Positions 13,518-28,120 are shown, counted from the first letter of the stretch. The stretch is DNA of 64,000 nucleotides from Eledone cirrhosa (GCA_964016885.1 OZ024740.1:299026001-299090000); one strand, 5' to 3'. Numbers and translations are program-made. The notes: generated by a model not told the origin, from the letters alone.

Positions 13518-13975
13518 ACACACACACACACACATATATACAGTATGTGTACTGATTGAATACAAGTTAATGATACATATATTTTAAAACTATAAGCTGA
13601 TAATGTATTATTATTTCATCGTGAATCTCTGTATATACAATTTACAAAGAGAATACAACGTCGTGATACGCGCTGTGTGCGATCAAAAAATTAAACAGAC
13701 CTTTATACAAGTATAATTGACACGAACATAAAATTGTAAATGTTTATGTATTTTCAAATATGTGTTTACAAACTTGAACGAAACACTACAAAGTATATTG
13801 TTCTTAATGTTTGGAATATACTTGATTTGATTCATGTCAGTATACATGTTTATATTTTTTTTATTCAAAGAATAATGCAAACTAACTAGGCCACGCAAAC
13901 TAACTAGACCTAATTCAGTTTCAGTGGAGTTGATTAGCTCGCATTTATCATACACATGACTTTTTCGTTTCAATT

Positions 13976-14286
13976 TCTCTTGTTTCAAATAATCCCCTCC
14001 ACCACCTCTTATTAAAATTTACTAATCTATCTCCGGCAAAATTTTATTTTAAGTGGTAGCATTCCTGTGACAATTCATTTTCTTTAGACATTAAAAAACA
14101 TTATACATGACAACAAAGTACACCATAAGAAATCTCATAGGCTTATAAAATAAATAGTATGGGTTGGGGTCTCACGACTAATTCTGGTTTTAAAAAATCA
14201 ACGGAGACAACTAAGAAAAATGAACGACTTTTTACCCACCCCCATACTTATTCCAGCCCCCATCTATCATTTGGGACCCAAGAGTA
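13976..14286 (+). mobile_element. MITE (TA-flanked, TACTCT...AGAGTA termini)
   Basis: Homologous to 27256-27661 (-) and 43183-43589 (+); the 43183 copy shows termini tactctggagtttcaaataat / attatttgggatccgagagta. Confidence 0.7.
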
Positions 14287-15109
14287 AGTGAAACGTTATT
14301 CATATTATATCAACATATTTACCATTCCAACGAAAGGTGCGAGAAAGGGATGTTTAAGCAGGCTTCAAATACCTACATTCAAATTATGTAGCTCCAAAAA
14401 AGATTTCAAGGATTTTCGAATATTTAGAACAATATGGATGTAATTTTTTTAAGATTTCTGGGTTTCAAAAATATTCAGTGGTTTGAAGTTTTCTCCTTGC
14501 ATGGATTTATACACGCAATTTATTTTTTAGAATATCTAAGACAGTTGTGAACAAACTGCAACCCATTTGGCTTTATGAATGGCATGCCTTATTTCAAAAC
14601 TACCATTGAATTTTTTGAGTAGAGTGGCCTGCCTTATGATGAACCACATCCTATGCGGCCCAGTGCTCGAAGAAGTTTGCCATTGCCTTATACATACTTT
14701 CCCTATACATTATATGCCGTTTTTATAATTCGTTTTACGTTACCGTCTGATGATTGGAACACAAAATTTGAATTAACGATTTATGAATAAGTACAAGAAA
14801 TAGTTGTTTTATTATAATGTTCTGAGATACGACTTCTTTAACGTTTACTACATTTTAACGTGCCTAATTTCTTCGACATTTTATTATTTTTTAGTGTTTT
14901 TCCACAATTACGTTTCTACTAAAATAGTTTAAAAGATTCCAAAAGAATTTTAAAAATTATGAAAATTTGATGAAAATCATACAGTTAAAATATAGAATTT
15001 TTAATCAAAATACTTCAAAATAAATAAGATTGACGGAAAAAGAAAAATACAAACAACACAGAAACAAGAAGATAAAATGAATGTGTAAGGAAAGCGAACC
15101 TCCCCCCCA

Positions 15110-15237
<128 letters not shown>

Positions 15238-15246
15238 GCACACACG

Positions 15247-15287
<41 letters not shown>

Positions 15288-15635
15288 ACACACACAGATG
15301 TAATAATAATAAATACCAAGACCAAACTCCAAAGAGGACTCGATAAGAGTTGTTTATATAAAATCATTTAGCAAATATTTATTAGTAGTCTCAGATGATC
15401 CCACTTAGGGTTAAAGCAGCCATTCATTGTTTAAACTTTTAATCTGTACTAATAACACACACACGCGCGCGCGCACACAAGTAAGTATGTGCGTATTGTG
15501 CGTGTGTATATGTATTTATGTATGTTTTATGTATGCATAAATGAATGGATTTATATATATATATATATATATATAACAAAGAAGGTGTGGTAAGAAACCA
15601 GGTGGATCATAACGCACCAGAGTAGAGTGGGGTAA

Positions 15636-15733
15636 TAGGAAAATAGTCAGGACCCCGACGGCTGAGCTCCGGCCGTTTCGACAGCTAGATCCGAACGGCC
15701 GGAGCTCAGCCGTCGGGGTCCCGACTCTTTTCC

Positions 15734-15735
<2 letters not shown>
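15636..15735. repeat. GC-rich near-perfect palindrome (about 45-bp arms) next to (TA)n
   Basis: ggaccccgacggctgagctccggccgtt...aacggccggagctcagccgtcggggtcc. Confidence 0.9.
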
Positions 15736-15764
<29 letters not shown>

Positions 15765-16068
15765 ACAGGGAGAAAGAGACGATTATTAGGAAGAAAAATA
15801 TATTTTTTTCCCTTTTTATTTCTTTCTCTCTCTCTATATATATAAGCAGAAGGGATATTCAATTTGTTGGTAATTCAACAAATATAAATGTTGATAACTG
15901 ATTCTCAGCACTCGACAAGTTTTCTGGAGTATAATATTCAATGATATTAAATAAATGGAAACTATATTTATAAAACCATATTTATTCTATTATATATATT
16001 TCAAGAGATAACTTGAACCGTTAAGGTTTATTATCCTTGGTTATGTCAAATATTTATAAAACATTTTG

Positions 16069-16129
16069 TATTTTATCTGATGATAGCGTACCAACATTTT
16101 GGTACCCTTGAAATATATATAATAGAATA
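16069..16129 (+). ncRNA. Type I hammerhead motif in a palindromic pseudo-LTR (15939-16173)
   Basis: tattttat-CTGATGA-tagc-GTACCAA-catt-TTGGTAC-cctt-GAAATATATATA-atagaata. Confidence 0.8.
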
Positions 16130-16168
16130 AATATGGTTTTATAAATATAGTTTCCATTTATTTAATAT

Positions 16169-16221
<53 letters not shown>

Positions 16222-16262
16222 CGAAACATAAGTCAATTGCATGAACTCATAATACTTTATTT

Positions 16263-16318
16263 ACTGCTATAAATATTTCGATCATAGCCATTGAATGGCT
16301 ATGACCTCATCAGGCAGT
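16263..16318 (-). ncRNA. Type I hammerhead ribozyme motif, fully paired
   Basis: actgc-CTGATGA-ggtcatagccat-tca-atggctatgatc-GAAATATTTATA-gcagt, followed by AATAAA and (TA)n. Confidence 0.88.
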
Positions 16319-17659
16319 TAGTCAGTTCTTAGATATGCCAGCTCTGTGTTTATGGTGTTGATGGTATCAGGGCCTTGGGACATATGTAACCTCCTCCACA
16401 AACACACAGTCATACTTGTGCTCATATACACATTTAAAATTAGAAAATTCAACGTCACGAATGTACTGCTATACATTTATCTCGCCTGTAGATTGCTTTC
16501 AGTGAAATGAGAACAAGGTGTCAACGGGAGGGCAGGAATTAAAGCTCCATAGAGCGTCATCTGGTTCTTGTGTCTTTTATTTCCATTTGTGTATTCTTTG
16601 TATGAACACGTACAACTTTTTTTTAAAAATATGTAAACATATGTTTCAGAGAGGTGTGTATACTATTTCTAGTAAATCGATGGACAATATGGAGGCTTTC
16701 TAGTTGGCCCATATAATTGTGTCTGTAATAGCAATGCCGGTAATGTGTGCGTTTATAGTTCTGTTTGTGCAGTCTTACAGTGGTGGATACTGGCGTTATG
16801 TGTGATGAGCACGTTGTTTTCCAAGATGGCTGATATTTGACCGAACACGTATCTTTTCTTTCCTTTTATTTAAAATTTAAAATTTAAAATTTATTTATTC
16901 TTCGCACAACAAATCAATCCTGCATCCTTTCCGCTGAAAGACTAACGTCCGAAACGTTATGACACTTTGATTACTTCTTTTAAGCGTTAAACTAGTATAC
17001 TGTAATTGTAATGTGTTGTTGTCGGATGCTGTGTTTAATTTCTTTTACTTGAATTTACTCTCTCCCTCTCTCCACTCTCTCCTTTCCTATATGTACTCAC
17101 GTAGATTTTATGGCGGGATTTAAACCCAGAACGCAGAAACCCGGAATGAAATCCGCTAGTCGTTTTACCACACACTTTAATGGTTGCCAATTCACCATCT
17201 GCTGTTATTGTTATTGTTTAGCTCCATGTCGGCCATAATTGAGAATATCTCTGCTTAAATGCATTCCAGCATTGACGAAGCTGTCTTTTTCTATAGCTAG
17301 GATTACATTATGTAACACAAATTTATTTAAGACGATAGGACATAAATTCAATGAAATTTGGCTGGAGTATCTAATCGAGTTGAATGGTTGTGTATCTCGT
17401 GTGATCGTATGTCAAAGTGTCTTTACACAGGAAAAGGGATCGATTGTTAGCTTTTATATTTGTAAAGATAACACTTCAGCTATTTTTTCCTAAGAATTTT
17501 CAGGCAAAGTTTGTGGGAAATGTTGTGGCATATGGAGCGGTGAAGCTTGAAATAACTGACTGTCTGGAAAGCAATATTTATTCTGTTTTCAACAAGTATC
17601 ATTTAAAGATATGGTCTCCTGTACTTGTGTGAAAACGAAGAAACTATCATAATCCTAAT

Positions 17660-17749
17660 ACAGCCGCCGCTACCACTGCCATCCCCACCACTACCTCCAC
17701 AATCATCATCACCACGACCACCACGACCACCACGACCACCACCACCACC

Positions 17750-17814
<65 letters not shown>

Positions 17815-18650
17815 TAACCTCCACTATCATTATAACCACCATCACTACCACAACCACCACCATCAACTCCACCACTACCACCATCACCAACATCATCGCA
17901 AGAAAATCAGTCATCAACATCATCATTATCAGCAGTGTTTCCACAATCTCTAACACCACAACAAGCAATAACATATCAGCAATATCTCCAGCGTCACCCC
18001 CATCACACGCAGCAGCACCACCCTCACCACAATCAGCAGCAGCAGCCGCACCACCACCACCACCACCACTACCAACAACAACAGCAAACAATTGCTACCT
18101 TTACCGTCTCCACCACCAACATCACTTGTTACCTCTACCAACATCACCACTTGCACCACCATCACCACCACCACCAACACCACCAACACCGACATCACCA
18201 GTACCACCAGCACCACCAGCACCATTACGGCACCACCACCACCAACAACTACTACCTCTACCGTCAGCACCACCACCACCACCAGCAACACCACCATTAG
18301 CAGCAGTAGCACCACCACCAATGCCGGCACCACCACCACCACCACCAGCAGCAACAACAACAACATCATCAACAACAACACCAACAACTGCTACCTCTAT
18401 CCGTCGACACGACGACGACGACGACGACCACCATCACCACCACCAACAACAACAACAACTGCTACCACTACCATCGACACTAGTACCACCACCACCACCA
18501 CCACCAACAACTGCTACCTCTACCGTCGACACAAGTACCACCACCACCACCACCACCACACCACCACCACCAACAACATCACCTGCTACTTCTATTGTCG
18601 ACACCACCTCGACCACCACTACCACCACCACCGCTACCACCACCACCACT
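17660..18650. repeat. Degenerate (ACC/ATC/AAC)n low-complexity tract
   Basis: Direct reading; all frames give homopolymeric peptides. Confidence 0.9.
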
Positions 18651-18894
18651 ATATTCGTTGTTTCTGTTTACTGATGTTACTAAGTCTTATATATCAAGAG
18701 AACAAGTTTGAAATGTCAAGACGTATTGCAAAGTTCGTCTGGCCGTTGTGTTACACGTCATTTGTATTCACAAAAGTCAAATCAAAACAACAACAACAAT
18801 AATAGCGGCAACAGTGTAAAAAACAATAATAAAAGAAACAAGAATAGAGGTAGTAACCACCACCACCACCACCACCAACAACAACAATAGTAAT

Positions 18895-19970
18895 AATTGT
18901 TTCTACTTTTGGCACAAGGCCAGCAATTACCCAGTACGTTACTGTTACTTTATGAAAGGCAAAGTTAACCTCGGCGGGATTTGAAGTCTGAATGGCAAGG
19001 GCCGTAACTCTATGCGTCAAAGCATGGCGTCCGACCCTCTACCGGTACTGCTAATATGATTTCTGATCTAGGCCAGCAATTTGGAGAGAGGGGAAAGTCG
19101 ATTACATCGACAACAGTGCATTACTGGTACTTTATTTTATCGACCCCATAAGGATTAACGGCAAAGCGAACCTCGGCGGGATTTGAACTCAGAACGTAAA
19201 GGGCCATAACTCTATGCTGAAAAGCACAGTGTCTGACGCTCTACAGATACTACCAATCCACCGCCAATAATAATAATAATAAAAATGTTTCTACTTTTGG
19301 CACAAGGCCAGCAATTATCCCAGTACATTACTGGTACTTTATTTTATCGACCCCGTAAAAAATGTTTCTACTTTTGGCACAAGGCCAGCAATTATCCCAG
19401 TACATTACTGGTACTTTATTTTATCGACCCCGTAAGGATGAAAGGCAAACTTAACCTTGGCGGGATTTGAACTCACAACGTAAAGGACTGTAACTAAAAG
19501 CTTTGTGTCAGATGCTTTACCGATTCAGTGAATCCTCTGCCCTACAACAACAGCAATAACAAGAAACTACTACTACTGATAATAATATTGGTTTCTGATT
19601 TAGACACAAGGCCATCAATGTTTTTTTTTTGGAGGGGGGGATTACTGGTACTTTATTTTATCGACCCTGTATAGATGAATATCAAAACTAACCATCGCGG
19701 AATTTGAACTGAGAGCGTAAAGGGCCGTACATCTATGTTACGGAGCATAGTGGTCGAGGCTCTACCGATTCTGCCAAATATTAATAATAGTGATGATAAT
19801 AATAATAACGTTTCTACTTTTGGCACAAGGCCAGCAATTACCCCAGTGCGTGACTGGTACTTTATTTTATCGACGCCGTAAAGTTAACCTCGGCGGATTT
19901 GAACTCAGAACGTAAAGGGGCATAACTCTATGCTACAAAGCATGGTGTCTGACGCTCTACCGATACTAAC
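18895..19970 (-). mobile_element. Tandem cluster of 5-6 tRNA-derived SINE copies separated by (TAA)n
   Basis: Repeated gtttctacttttggcacaaggccagcaatt...gatttgaactcag...ctctaccgatact units. Confidence 0.85.
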
Positions 19971-20136
19971 AATAATGAATTATTACTGAAATCGTATGCC
20001 CCCCCCCCCCCCCAAAAAAAAAACGGCCAATTGGAACAATCGCAACATTTTAGAATAAGAAAGAAAATCAACGATTTATATATATATATATATACATACA
20101 CACATATGCATGTATGTATGCCAGTATGTATGTATG

Positions 20137-20707
20137 CCAGTACAACCTGTCTCATGGTCGGGTCGTTGGCGACTAAACTGGCAACCCCACCAACGTTTCT
20201 TGGTGAGGAGGGTGACTTTGGACATCCTGCAGGACTAAAAACAAAACCTGTCAAAGAGCAAAGGAGCTCTTAAGAGTCAATGGCCATCCAAAATCACCGG
20301 GAGAGATGACCCCTTAGCCTTTGTCAAGGCAGAATTCTAGGAGAAGGAAAACTCTGATACAACACCTGCAACTCTGATGGTATCCAATGATGTTGACTTG
20401 TTCTTCTTTTTGGTAAATATCATCTTGGTTAAGAGAGTGGGACTGGCTTTGTGCAGTGCCTTTGCTCACTATAAAAGCTTCACAGTACAGACATTGCTTT
20501 ATATCTGGAGATCTCTCTGCACTTGTCGTCACATGGTACCATGGGCCCAGCACGATGTGTCAATAATTGTCACAAGTGTAGTGTTTGTACCAGAGTTTTC
20601 AAGTCGCTGGCTGGACTAAAATGTCACACTCGTTCAGCGCATCGGTAGGGGTTCTCCTACATGGATATAAAGTAGTGGCCGTACTCGAAAACGAGTTGGC
20701 AGCCATC
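20137..20707 (+). mobile_element. Non-autonomous bipartite RTE-derived retroposon
   Basis: 3' end translates [25 protein letters not shown] stop (RTE-type terminal C2H2 finger), then a short UTR and (ATGT)n. Confidence 0.8.
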
Positions 20708-20719
20708 ATGTATGTATGT

Positions 20720-21844
20720 TCTTCTGGTTTTACAAAATTTCACAAATTTTTTCCCAATAAAGAGAGAGTGGTTTCTAACATAGACACAAGACTCTCTCAT
20801 TGGAATTTACACAACATCAACTAGGTAGATTATGTATGCATGCATGTGTAGATATGGATGTTATTCTATGTGTGGATGTGTATGTTTTGAGTTGTATGTG
20901 TGCATGTGTATATGCTTTGCATCTGTACATGTGTATATGCAGTTATTAGATGCAACATTTTTGGAATGTTTTACATATTTTTACTGTTCCATTGTACTTG
21001 CTGGATTGTACTTGTAGTTTCCTAACTAGTTGTGTTCTTTCTGTTCCTGTGAAGCCTAGCTTCTCAAGATTTTATTGAGGCAGTTAGTAACATACCCCAG
21101 TGCCCCAATAATCACAGGCATAAATCTGAAGGTGTAATCAGGGTAGAGTATCTGTAGATTTCTCATCAGTTCTGCATAAATATTATCCTTTTCGTTAATC
21201 TTTGATAATATATTGGCATCTACTGGGCAGCTAATTTCCACTACTGTGCATGCTTTCTTCTCCCTGTCCCATATCATAATATCTGGTCTGTTATGCCTGC
21301 ATTTTATTGGGGTTTTTACTGGAACATTCCACCAGTACTCTTTCATATTATGTACGTGGATGTCTTCCACTTTGCTGTAGCTTTTAATGTTTTTATTATC
21401 GGGGCTATCTTTTTTACGAACTGCATTGTACAGTGTTTTGGCCACTACGTCATGCCTCATAGGTAGATAGTACCGCGATGACATCTTTGGACAGCTGCTG
21501 ATGGCATGGGTGATATCCTCGATGTTAGTTCTGCAGAGTCTGCACTTGTTATCACATCTAGGTGTTTTGCCTGCATCCCTATCTCTTTTGTGAATCAGGT
21601 ATTTCGTGTTAATTTCCTGTTCTTGGATTGCAAAAGTGTATCCTTCAAAGTGGGAGCCAATATAGCGGTTGTTGGTCCAATATAGACTACTTTCCTTATC
21701 TATATTACTCTCACTCTGGAGCTTTCTGGCAACATATCCATGCATGATTTTTTGCTGATAAGCATGCAGTTTTTCATCCATGGATTCACTGCGATACTGC
21801 TGACCGACATCCCTGGGTGTGAGTTTTTGATTATCACACAGCGA
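20720..21844 (-). mobile_element. 5'-truncated R4/Dong-like non-LTR retrotransposon (CCHC plus restriction-like endonuclease), 3' end in (CATA)n
   Basis: ORF 21056-21862: AIQEQEINTK, CRLC...EDITHAISSC, RHDVVAK, HNRPDIMIWD...VVEISCP, K...Y..L, PVIIGALG. Confidence 0.92.
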
Positions 21845-22010
21845 TTGTACCAGAGTTTTCAAGTCGCTGGCTGGACTAAAAAGTCACACTCGTTCAGCGC
21901 ATCGGTAGGGGTTCTCCTACTTGGATATAAAGTAGTGGCCGTACTCGAAAACGAGTTGGCAGCCACTATGTATGTATGTATGTATGTATGTATGTATGTA
22001 TGTATGTATG

Positions 22011-22041
<31 letters not shown>

Positions 22042-22054
22042 GTATGTATGTATG

Positions 22055-22640
22055 TCAGGTCACCAGTTGGTGCTACTGGTAACATGTATCCCAGTACAAC
22101 CTGTCTCATGGTCGGGTCGTTGGCGACTAAACTGGCAACCCCACCAACGTTTCTTGGTGAGGGGGGTGACTTTGGACATCCTGCAGGACTAAAAACAAAA
22201 CCTGTCAAAGGGCAAGGGAGCTCTTAAGAGTCAATGGCCATCCAAAATCACCGGGAGAGATGACCCCTTAGCCTTTGTCAAGGCAGAATTCTAGGAGAAG
22301 GAAAACTCTGATATAACACCTGCAACCCTGATGGTATCCTTTTTGGTAAATATCATCTTGGTTAAGAGAGTGGGACTGGCTTTGTGCAGTGCCTTTGCTC
22401 ACTATAAAAGCTTCACGGCACAGGCATTGCTTTATATCTGGAGATCTCTCTGCACTTGTCATCACATGGTACCATGGGCCCTGCACTATGTGTCAATAAT
22501 GGTCACAAGTGTAGTCTTTGTACCAGAGTTTTCACGTCGCTGGCTGGACTAAAAACTCACACTCGTTGAGCGTATCGGTAGGGGTTCTCCTACATGGATA
22601 TAAAGTAGTGGCCGTACTCGAAAACGAGTTGGCAGCCACC
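22055..22640 (+). mobile_element. Non-autonomous bipartite RTE-derived retroposon, apparently full length, within (TATG)n
   Basis: Shares both termini with the 28121-28727 copy; has a 24-bp internal deletion. Confidence 0.8.
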
Positions 22641-24195
22641 ATGTATGTATGTGTGTGTGTGTGTGAGAGTACATTATATGTATATATATCGAGATACATA
22701 TAATGGAGTTGGAACAAGGTTTTTCATTATTTTGCTTATTTTTGTCGAAATGTGTCAGAAGAATAACAATTTTTTATTTTTATTTTTGACTTAGACACAC
22801 ACACAGACACACACACACACACACACACCGACACAGACATACATACACGTGCATTCACATACATACACACGCAAATATATATATATTTATATATATATAA
22901 ACGCAAACACACACGTACACACATGCACGCATACATATGGCCCGACAAATACCACACATTACATATAAGAAAATCATACACACACACTCACGATTGCACA
23001 GTCACACAGCGAGAACCACACGTTCCGCACACTGCATACACACACATACGTATGCACAGTCGCACAGTGAGAAGCAGAAACTCCCCACACCACACACACA
23101 AACACACACATATACATACACACACGCACGCACTCACGGCTGTACAGTGACAGTGAGAAACACACGCAATAAACACTACACACATACTAACACACACATA
23201 CACGCACACACACTTATGCGCCAATTCATATGAATAGTGTCTATCTTTTATTTTTTACTTTAATCTGTAGTTTCTTTGGAAATCTAAACTATAATAAAGT
23301 AAGGAGTGCGGGACTGCGTACGGTTTATAATTTTTTATCCCATTAGTAAAATAAGTTGGATTACTTTGAATAAATAATGAATGAATATTACATAATTTAT
23401 CTACTAAATTTCGTGGCTGTTCATTAAATATATTTTGTTTATTTAAAGATTCACTTCTTTAAAATTTCTGAAATGTCAACACTTCCGGTTGGCCATCGTT
23501 TAAATAAACATACTAATTTTCTGTCACTAATTTTCTCCTAATGCAGTTTATATATAATATCGTCTTTTTTTAATGTATCATTGATTACGTTACTGATTAA
23601 ATAAAACAGTGTAACACAGTCTTCGTTCAATTTCTGTGTATATTGTCAATTACGATTTTATTTGATGTATCATATCTACATGTATATATACCTGCGTATA
23701 ATATCAATATACACACTACACATGCTAGCAGAAAACCACCCGAATGGTGTTTTTTCTGCTAGTATCTGTAAAATACACAAATATCAACATGATATAATAG
23801 AGAAACACACAAGTTAAGCATTTTGTGTATTACTAAATTTTATGTTTTTGCTTCGGTGTTCTAGTCGGAGAACACTGGCCTCTCCCATCTGTCTCTATAT
23901 ATCCACATTGTCTCTTATGCATCTTTCCAGCGGCCTGTTCGAGCTGTTGTACATCATGGACGTAATATTATACAATGTCACCTTCATGTACAAAATTACA
24001 TTGTCCAGGGTGTAGCTGAAGAAGAAGATAAATACTCTATGAATTTGTCTATGTGCAAATTTCAACATTTTTGCATTTTCTCAATGTAATGATTCATCAA
24101 CAGAGCAATAACATATCTGCAAAGATATGTATTTCATAACCAAATACAAACCAAAATTAAACTCAACGGGAAGAATGATTGTTGATGTTCTTTAA

Positions 24196-24387
24196 CCCTT
24201 TAGCATTTACATTACTCTATATGTACTATTGTATTTTCATGGTAAACACTTTACCTCACATAATTATTTTACATAATATCGAATCCATGAGATTTTGATA
24301 TTATTTATTTTGAGAACAATACCTTAACATGAACTGAAAGAGGTGAGAGAATTCTGGCTGGATATGGCCGATTTAAATGCTAAAGGG
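24196..24387. mobile_element. piggyBac-type MITE
   Basis: TTAA|CCCTTTAGCATTTA ... TAAATGCTAAAGGG|GTAA (second TSD has one mismatch). Confidence 0.8.
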
Positions 24388-24579
24388 GTAATAATTAAAA
24401 TCTTTACAATCTTTACAATAATTAGTTATTGATATTAGTTCTGGTAATTTCTTGTTAAATTCTGTGGAGAACTTTAAACCCTTGTTAACTATCTAGGGAA
24501 CTTTCTCACATTCGGTGCGATTTTCTAACTAGTCTGTTGTGTTGTGTTGAAGATGTATATACGTATATATATATATATA

Positions 24580-25157
24580 TATTGTTATACTTTGGGAGGG
24601 TCATGTTGCCAATAAGAAACACACGCACCAGTTGCTTTCACTTCAATTTATTATAATAAATTTATAAATTTAGGAATTTATAAATTTCCGGTTGGTTGGT
24701 TGGTTCCACAACCAGATGATTGTTTATATCAAAGTTCTCTCGTCACACATTCTGTGACCTCTTCAGTGACTGGGGATTCTTTTCTTTGTTTTTGTGCCTC
24801 TCCTTTGTTCTGTCCTACGCCATATATACATAAGATGAAAAAACAAGATGGTGTAGGACAGAACAAAGGAGAGGCACAAAAACAAAGAAAAGAATCCCCA
24901 GTCACTGAAGAGGTCACAGAATGTATGACGAAAGAACTTTGACAATATATAAACAATCATCTGGTTGTGGAACCAACCAACCAACCGGAAATTTATAAAT
25001 TCCTAAATTTAAAAATTTATTATAATAAATTGAAGTGAAAGCAACTGGTGCGTGTGTTTCTTATTGGCAACATGACCCTCCCAAAGTATAACAATATCGG
25101 TTTCAACACACGTTTTCAGATAAAGTATTTTGCTAAACAAATTCAGAAACGAAATAT
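24580..25157. mobile_element. Palindromic PLE pseudo-LTR insertion (about 245-bp arms plus one-sided tail) in (TA)n
   Basis: 24580-24823 is the reverse complement of about 24847-25097; tail 25098-25157 is homologous to 6900-6945. Confidence 0.88.
24901..24943 (+). ncRNA. Hammerhead motif (the opposite-arm copy has GAAA changed to GAGA)
   Basis: gtca-CTGAAGA-ggtcacagaatgtatgac-GAAA-gaactt-tgac. Confidence 0.65.
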
Positions 25158-25705
25158 ATATATATATATATATATATATAGGGAGAAGAATATAGGGCGT
25201 CTGGGGGATGCGGAGCGGTGTAAGAGTGTTAGTACAGATGAAAGGGTGTAATAAGTTCCCCAGATAGTAAACAAGGACAGAAAATAGCAAGAACTTTCCA
25301 GAACTAATATCAATAACTACTTATTGTAAAGATTTGAATTATTTAAGAATATAAACCACAAGTGAAGACATTCTTTCCTTTTTCACCCCCCCCCCCCACA
25401 AACACACATACAAACACACATACATACAGGCAGACACACACACACGCAGACAGACACACACACATATATATATATATATATAATCTGTAGGACAACATGG
25501 GATTTGTTTTGTTTGTGACTTACCTTGCTCTAAGAATATTCAAAATTTAATAATTACATACACGCACACACACACACACACACACATCATAAATACACAA
25601 ACTGAAACACACTGACACAGAGACACACAACTACACTCAGACATAGATATTGATATATTCGTTTGTATGCATTACAAACACTCCAGATCGTTCGGATATG
25701 GATAT

Positions 25706-25805
<100 letters not shown>

Positions 25806-25814
25806 ACACACACA

Positions 25815-25862
<48 letters not shown>

Positions 25863-26345
25863 TACGCACGCATACATGCATGCATATATTTATACATACA
25901 TATATTTACATACATATATTTATATATCTCTATATCTCTCTATATATATATAAACATATATTTACATACATATATATTTACATAATATATATTTATATAT
26001 CTCTATATCTCTATATATATATAAACATATATTTACATACATATATATGCATACGCACGCATACATACATGCATATATTTATACATACATGTATTTACAT
26101 ACATATATTTATATATCTCTATATCTCTATATATATATAAACATCCATCACTATCTCTATCTCTCTACACACACACGCACACACACGCACACACACGCAC
26201 ACACATACACACACACACACACATGTATATATATATATATATGCATACGCACGCATACGTACATGCATACATTGATGCATACATACATGTATTTATATAT
26301 CTATATATCTATATATATATATAAACATCCATCACTATCTCTCTC

Positions 26346-26424
<79 letters not shown>

Positions 26425-26688
26425 TCATATATATATGTATATATATGTGTACATGTTCACACACCATGTAAGCCAAGACAGGCGTTTGGCAAACATGCCA
26501 AGGACATATGTGAAATTCAAAGTAATCTGTCAAAAAAGCCTTATGCTAACGTCTATCAGCACTGGTAGTAGGCGGCAGTGAGATAATGCTGAAGCCTTCT
26601 GAAGTGACAAACAAGACAGCTGAATACCTTCAGTAAACTATACCATCATATTGAACACAATGTTATTCTTATTTTGTATTGTTTAATT

Positions 26689-26852
26689 CAGTCATGGCCA
26701 AACTGCGGCCCGCGAGCTACATGCGGCTTGTTTGGTTTGCTGAATGTGACGCCTAATTTCAAAATTACCTTGAACTGTTTAGTTGTGTTGCCCGCCTTAT
26801 GAAGAGTCACGTTCTATGTGTCCCACTGTTTGTGAAAGGTGGCCCATGTCTG
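26689..26852. mobile_element. hAT-type MITE
   Basis: TIR CAGTCATGGCCA / TGGCCCATGTCTG, perfect 8-bp TSD GTTTAATT, subterminal GCGGCCCG. Confidence 0.88.
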
Positions 26853-27255
26853 GTTTAATTGTAAGGCTATGTTTTTAGTATGTCAACTATATTTCACAAA
26901 CTGAAGCTATACAATGATGGAAATATAAAAAAACAAAAAAAACAATATTAAGTAATGAAACAACAAGGGGGAAGGGTGGAGAATGTGGGGGGGGGTCTGG
27001 CTGTATATGAGAGTAGAGGAAAGGAACGTAAATGACATAAATGTGAATAAACGGAGGGGAAGAGTACAGACTATTAGACAACGGGAGAACGAGGGGGGGG
27101 GGAAGAGGAGAGGGTGACAAACTTTGTGTATAGGTAAGGGCAGTAAAATTGTTTTTCTGGTTTCAGTTATAAGACAGCGGCCATGGGGCAGCACCATCTT
27201 CCCGAGATTTTTAGTGGGTCATATCTACTCCCAGAACGTCTTGTGTCAAGTCTTT

Positions 27256-27661
27256 TACTCTTAAGTCCCAAATAATAGGGGCTGGTGTTGGAAGAAAGCG
27301 GCGTGGTTGGGAAATCGGTGATTTTACTAGGTTGATCCGTTGATTATTTAAAAAACCAGAATTAGTCATTTAGTTTACAAATTGAGACCCCAACACATCT
27401 ATTTATTTTATAAAGTATGGGATTTATTGTAATATATTTGTTTTTGTCATGTATAATGTTTTTTAAAGTCTAAAGAAAATTAATCATTGCAGGAATGCTA
27501 CAACATAAAATGAAATTTCGCCGGAGATAGATTCGCAAAATATAATAAGTGGGGATAGAAGTGGGGGTGGAATATGTATATGTGTGCGTGGTAGGGGGGT
27601 TCAAAAAATCTGAAATATGAATAAGCGGGCGGAGGGGGAGGATTATTTAAGACATGAGAGT
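27256..27661 (-). mobile_element. MITE, same family as 13976 and 43183
   Basis: Reverse-complement homology across its length. Confidence 0.7.
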
Positions 27662-28120
27662 CCTTATGTTATCAGTTTCTATTTGTCAAACCGCCAGTGT
27701 AAGGCACACAAAACTGCAGTAAATACACACACATATATTGAGTGTGCAAAAGGGTGAAACATAATGCATGAACGACGTTTATTTAAATTTCGTTGTAATT
27801 CGAAGACTGGGGTTTCTTGCTTAAGAGCACTATTCAAACAAGACAAGATAAAGAGTATAGTTAAACATGACACCCCTGGTATAGCTCCATAGCTATAAGA
27901 AAATATAACATGTATCCATGCATGCATGTATCTATATTTGTATACACACAGAGACACTCATATATATATATATATATATATATATACGTGTATGCCTGCA
28001 TATATATACATACATGCATACATGCATACATGCATATGTAGATTGTGTATATACAAGTATATATATATATATATATGCATATATATATATATATGCATAG
28101 ACATACATATATATATATAT

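Noticed and set aside
17603-18802. 349-aa Pro/Thr-rich ORF and overlapping ORFs
   Set aside because: Trinucleotide low-complexity tract open in several frames on both strands; no domain or splice support
21845-21967. Shared 120 bp as the 5' leader or HDV-like ribozyme of the R4 element
   Set aside because: On the plus strand it encodes an RTE-type C2H2 end followed by the TATG tail; I could not build an HDV fold
23860-24130. Possible host exons (also near 33150-33330 and 41295-41470)
   Set aside because: Splice-like signals exist but the frames are short, stop-interrupted and unrecognisable; RNA evidence would be needed
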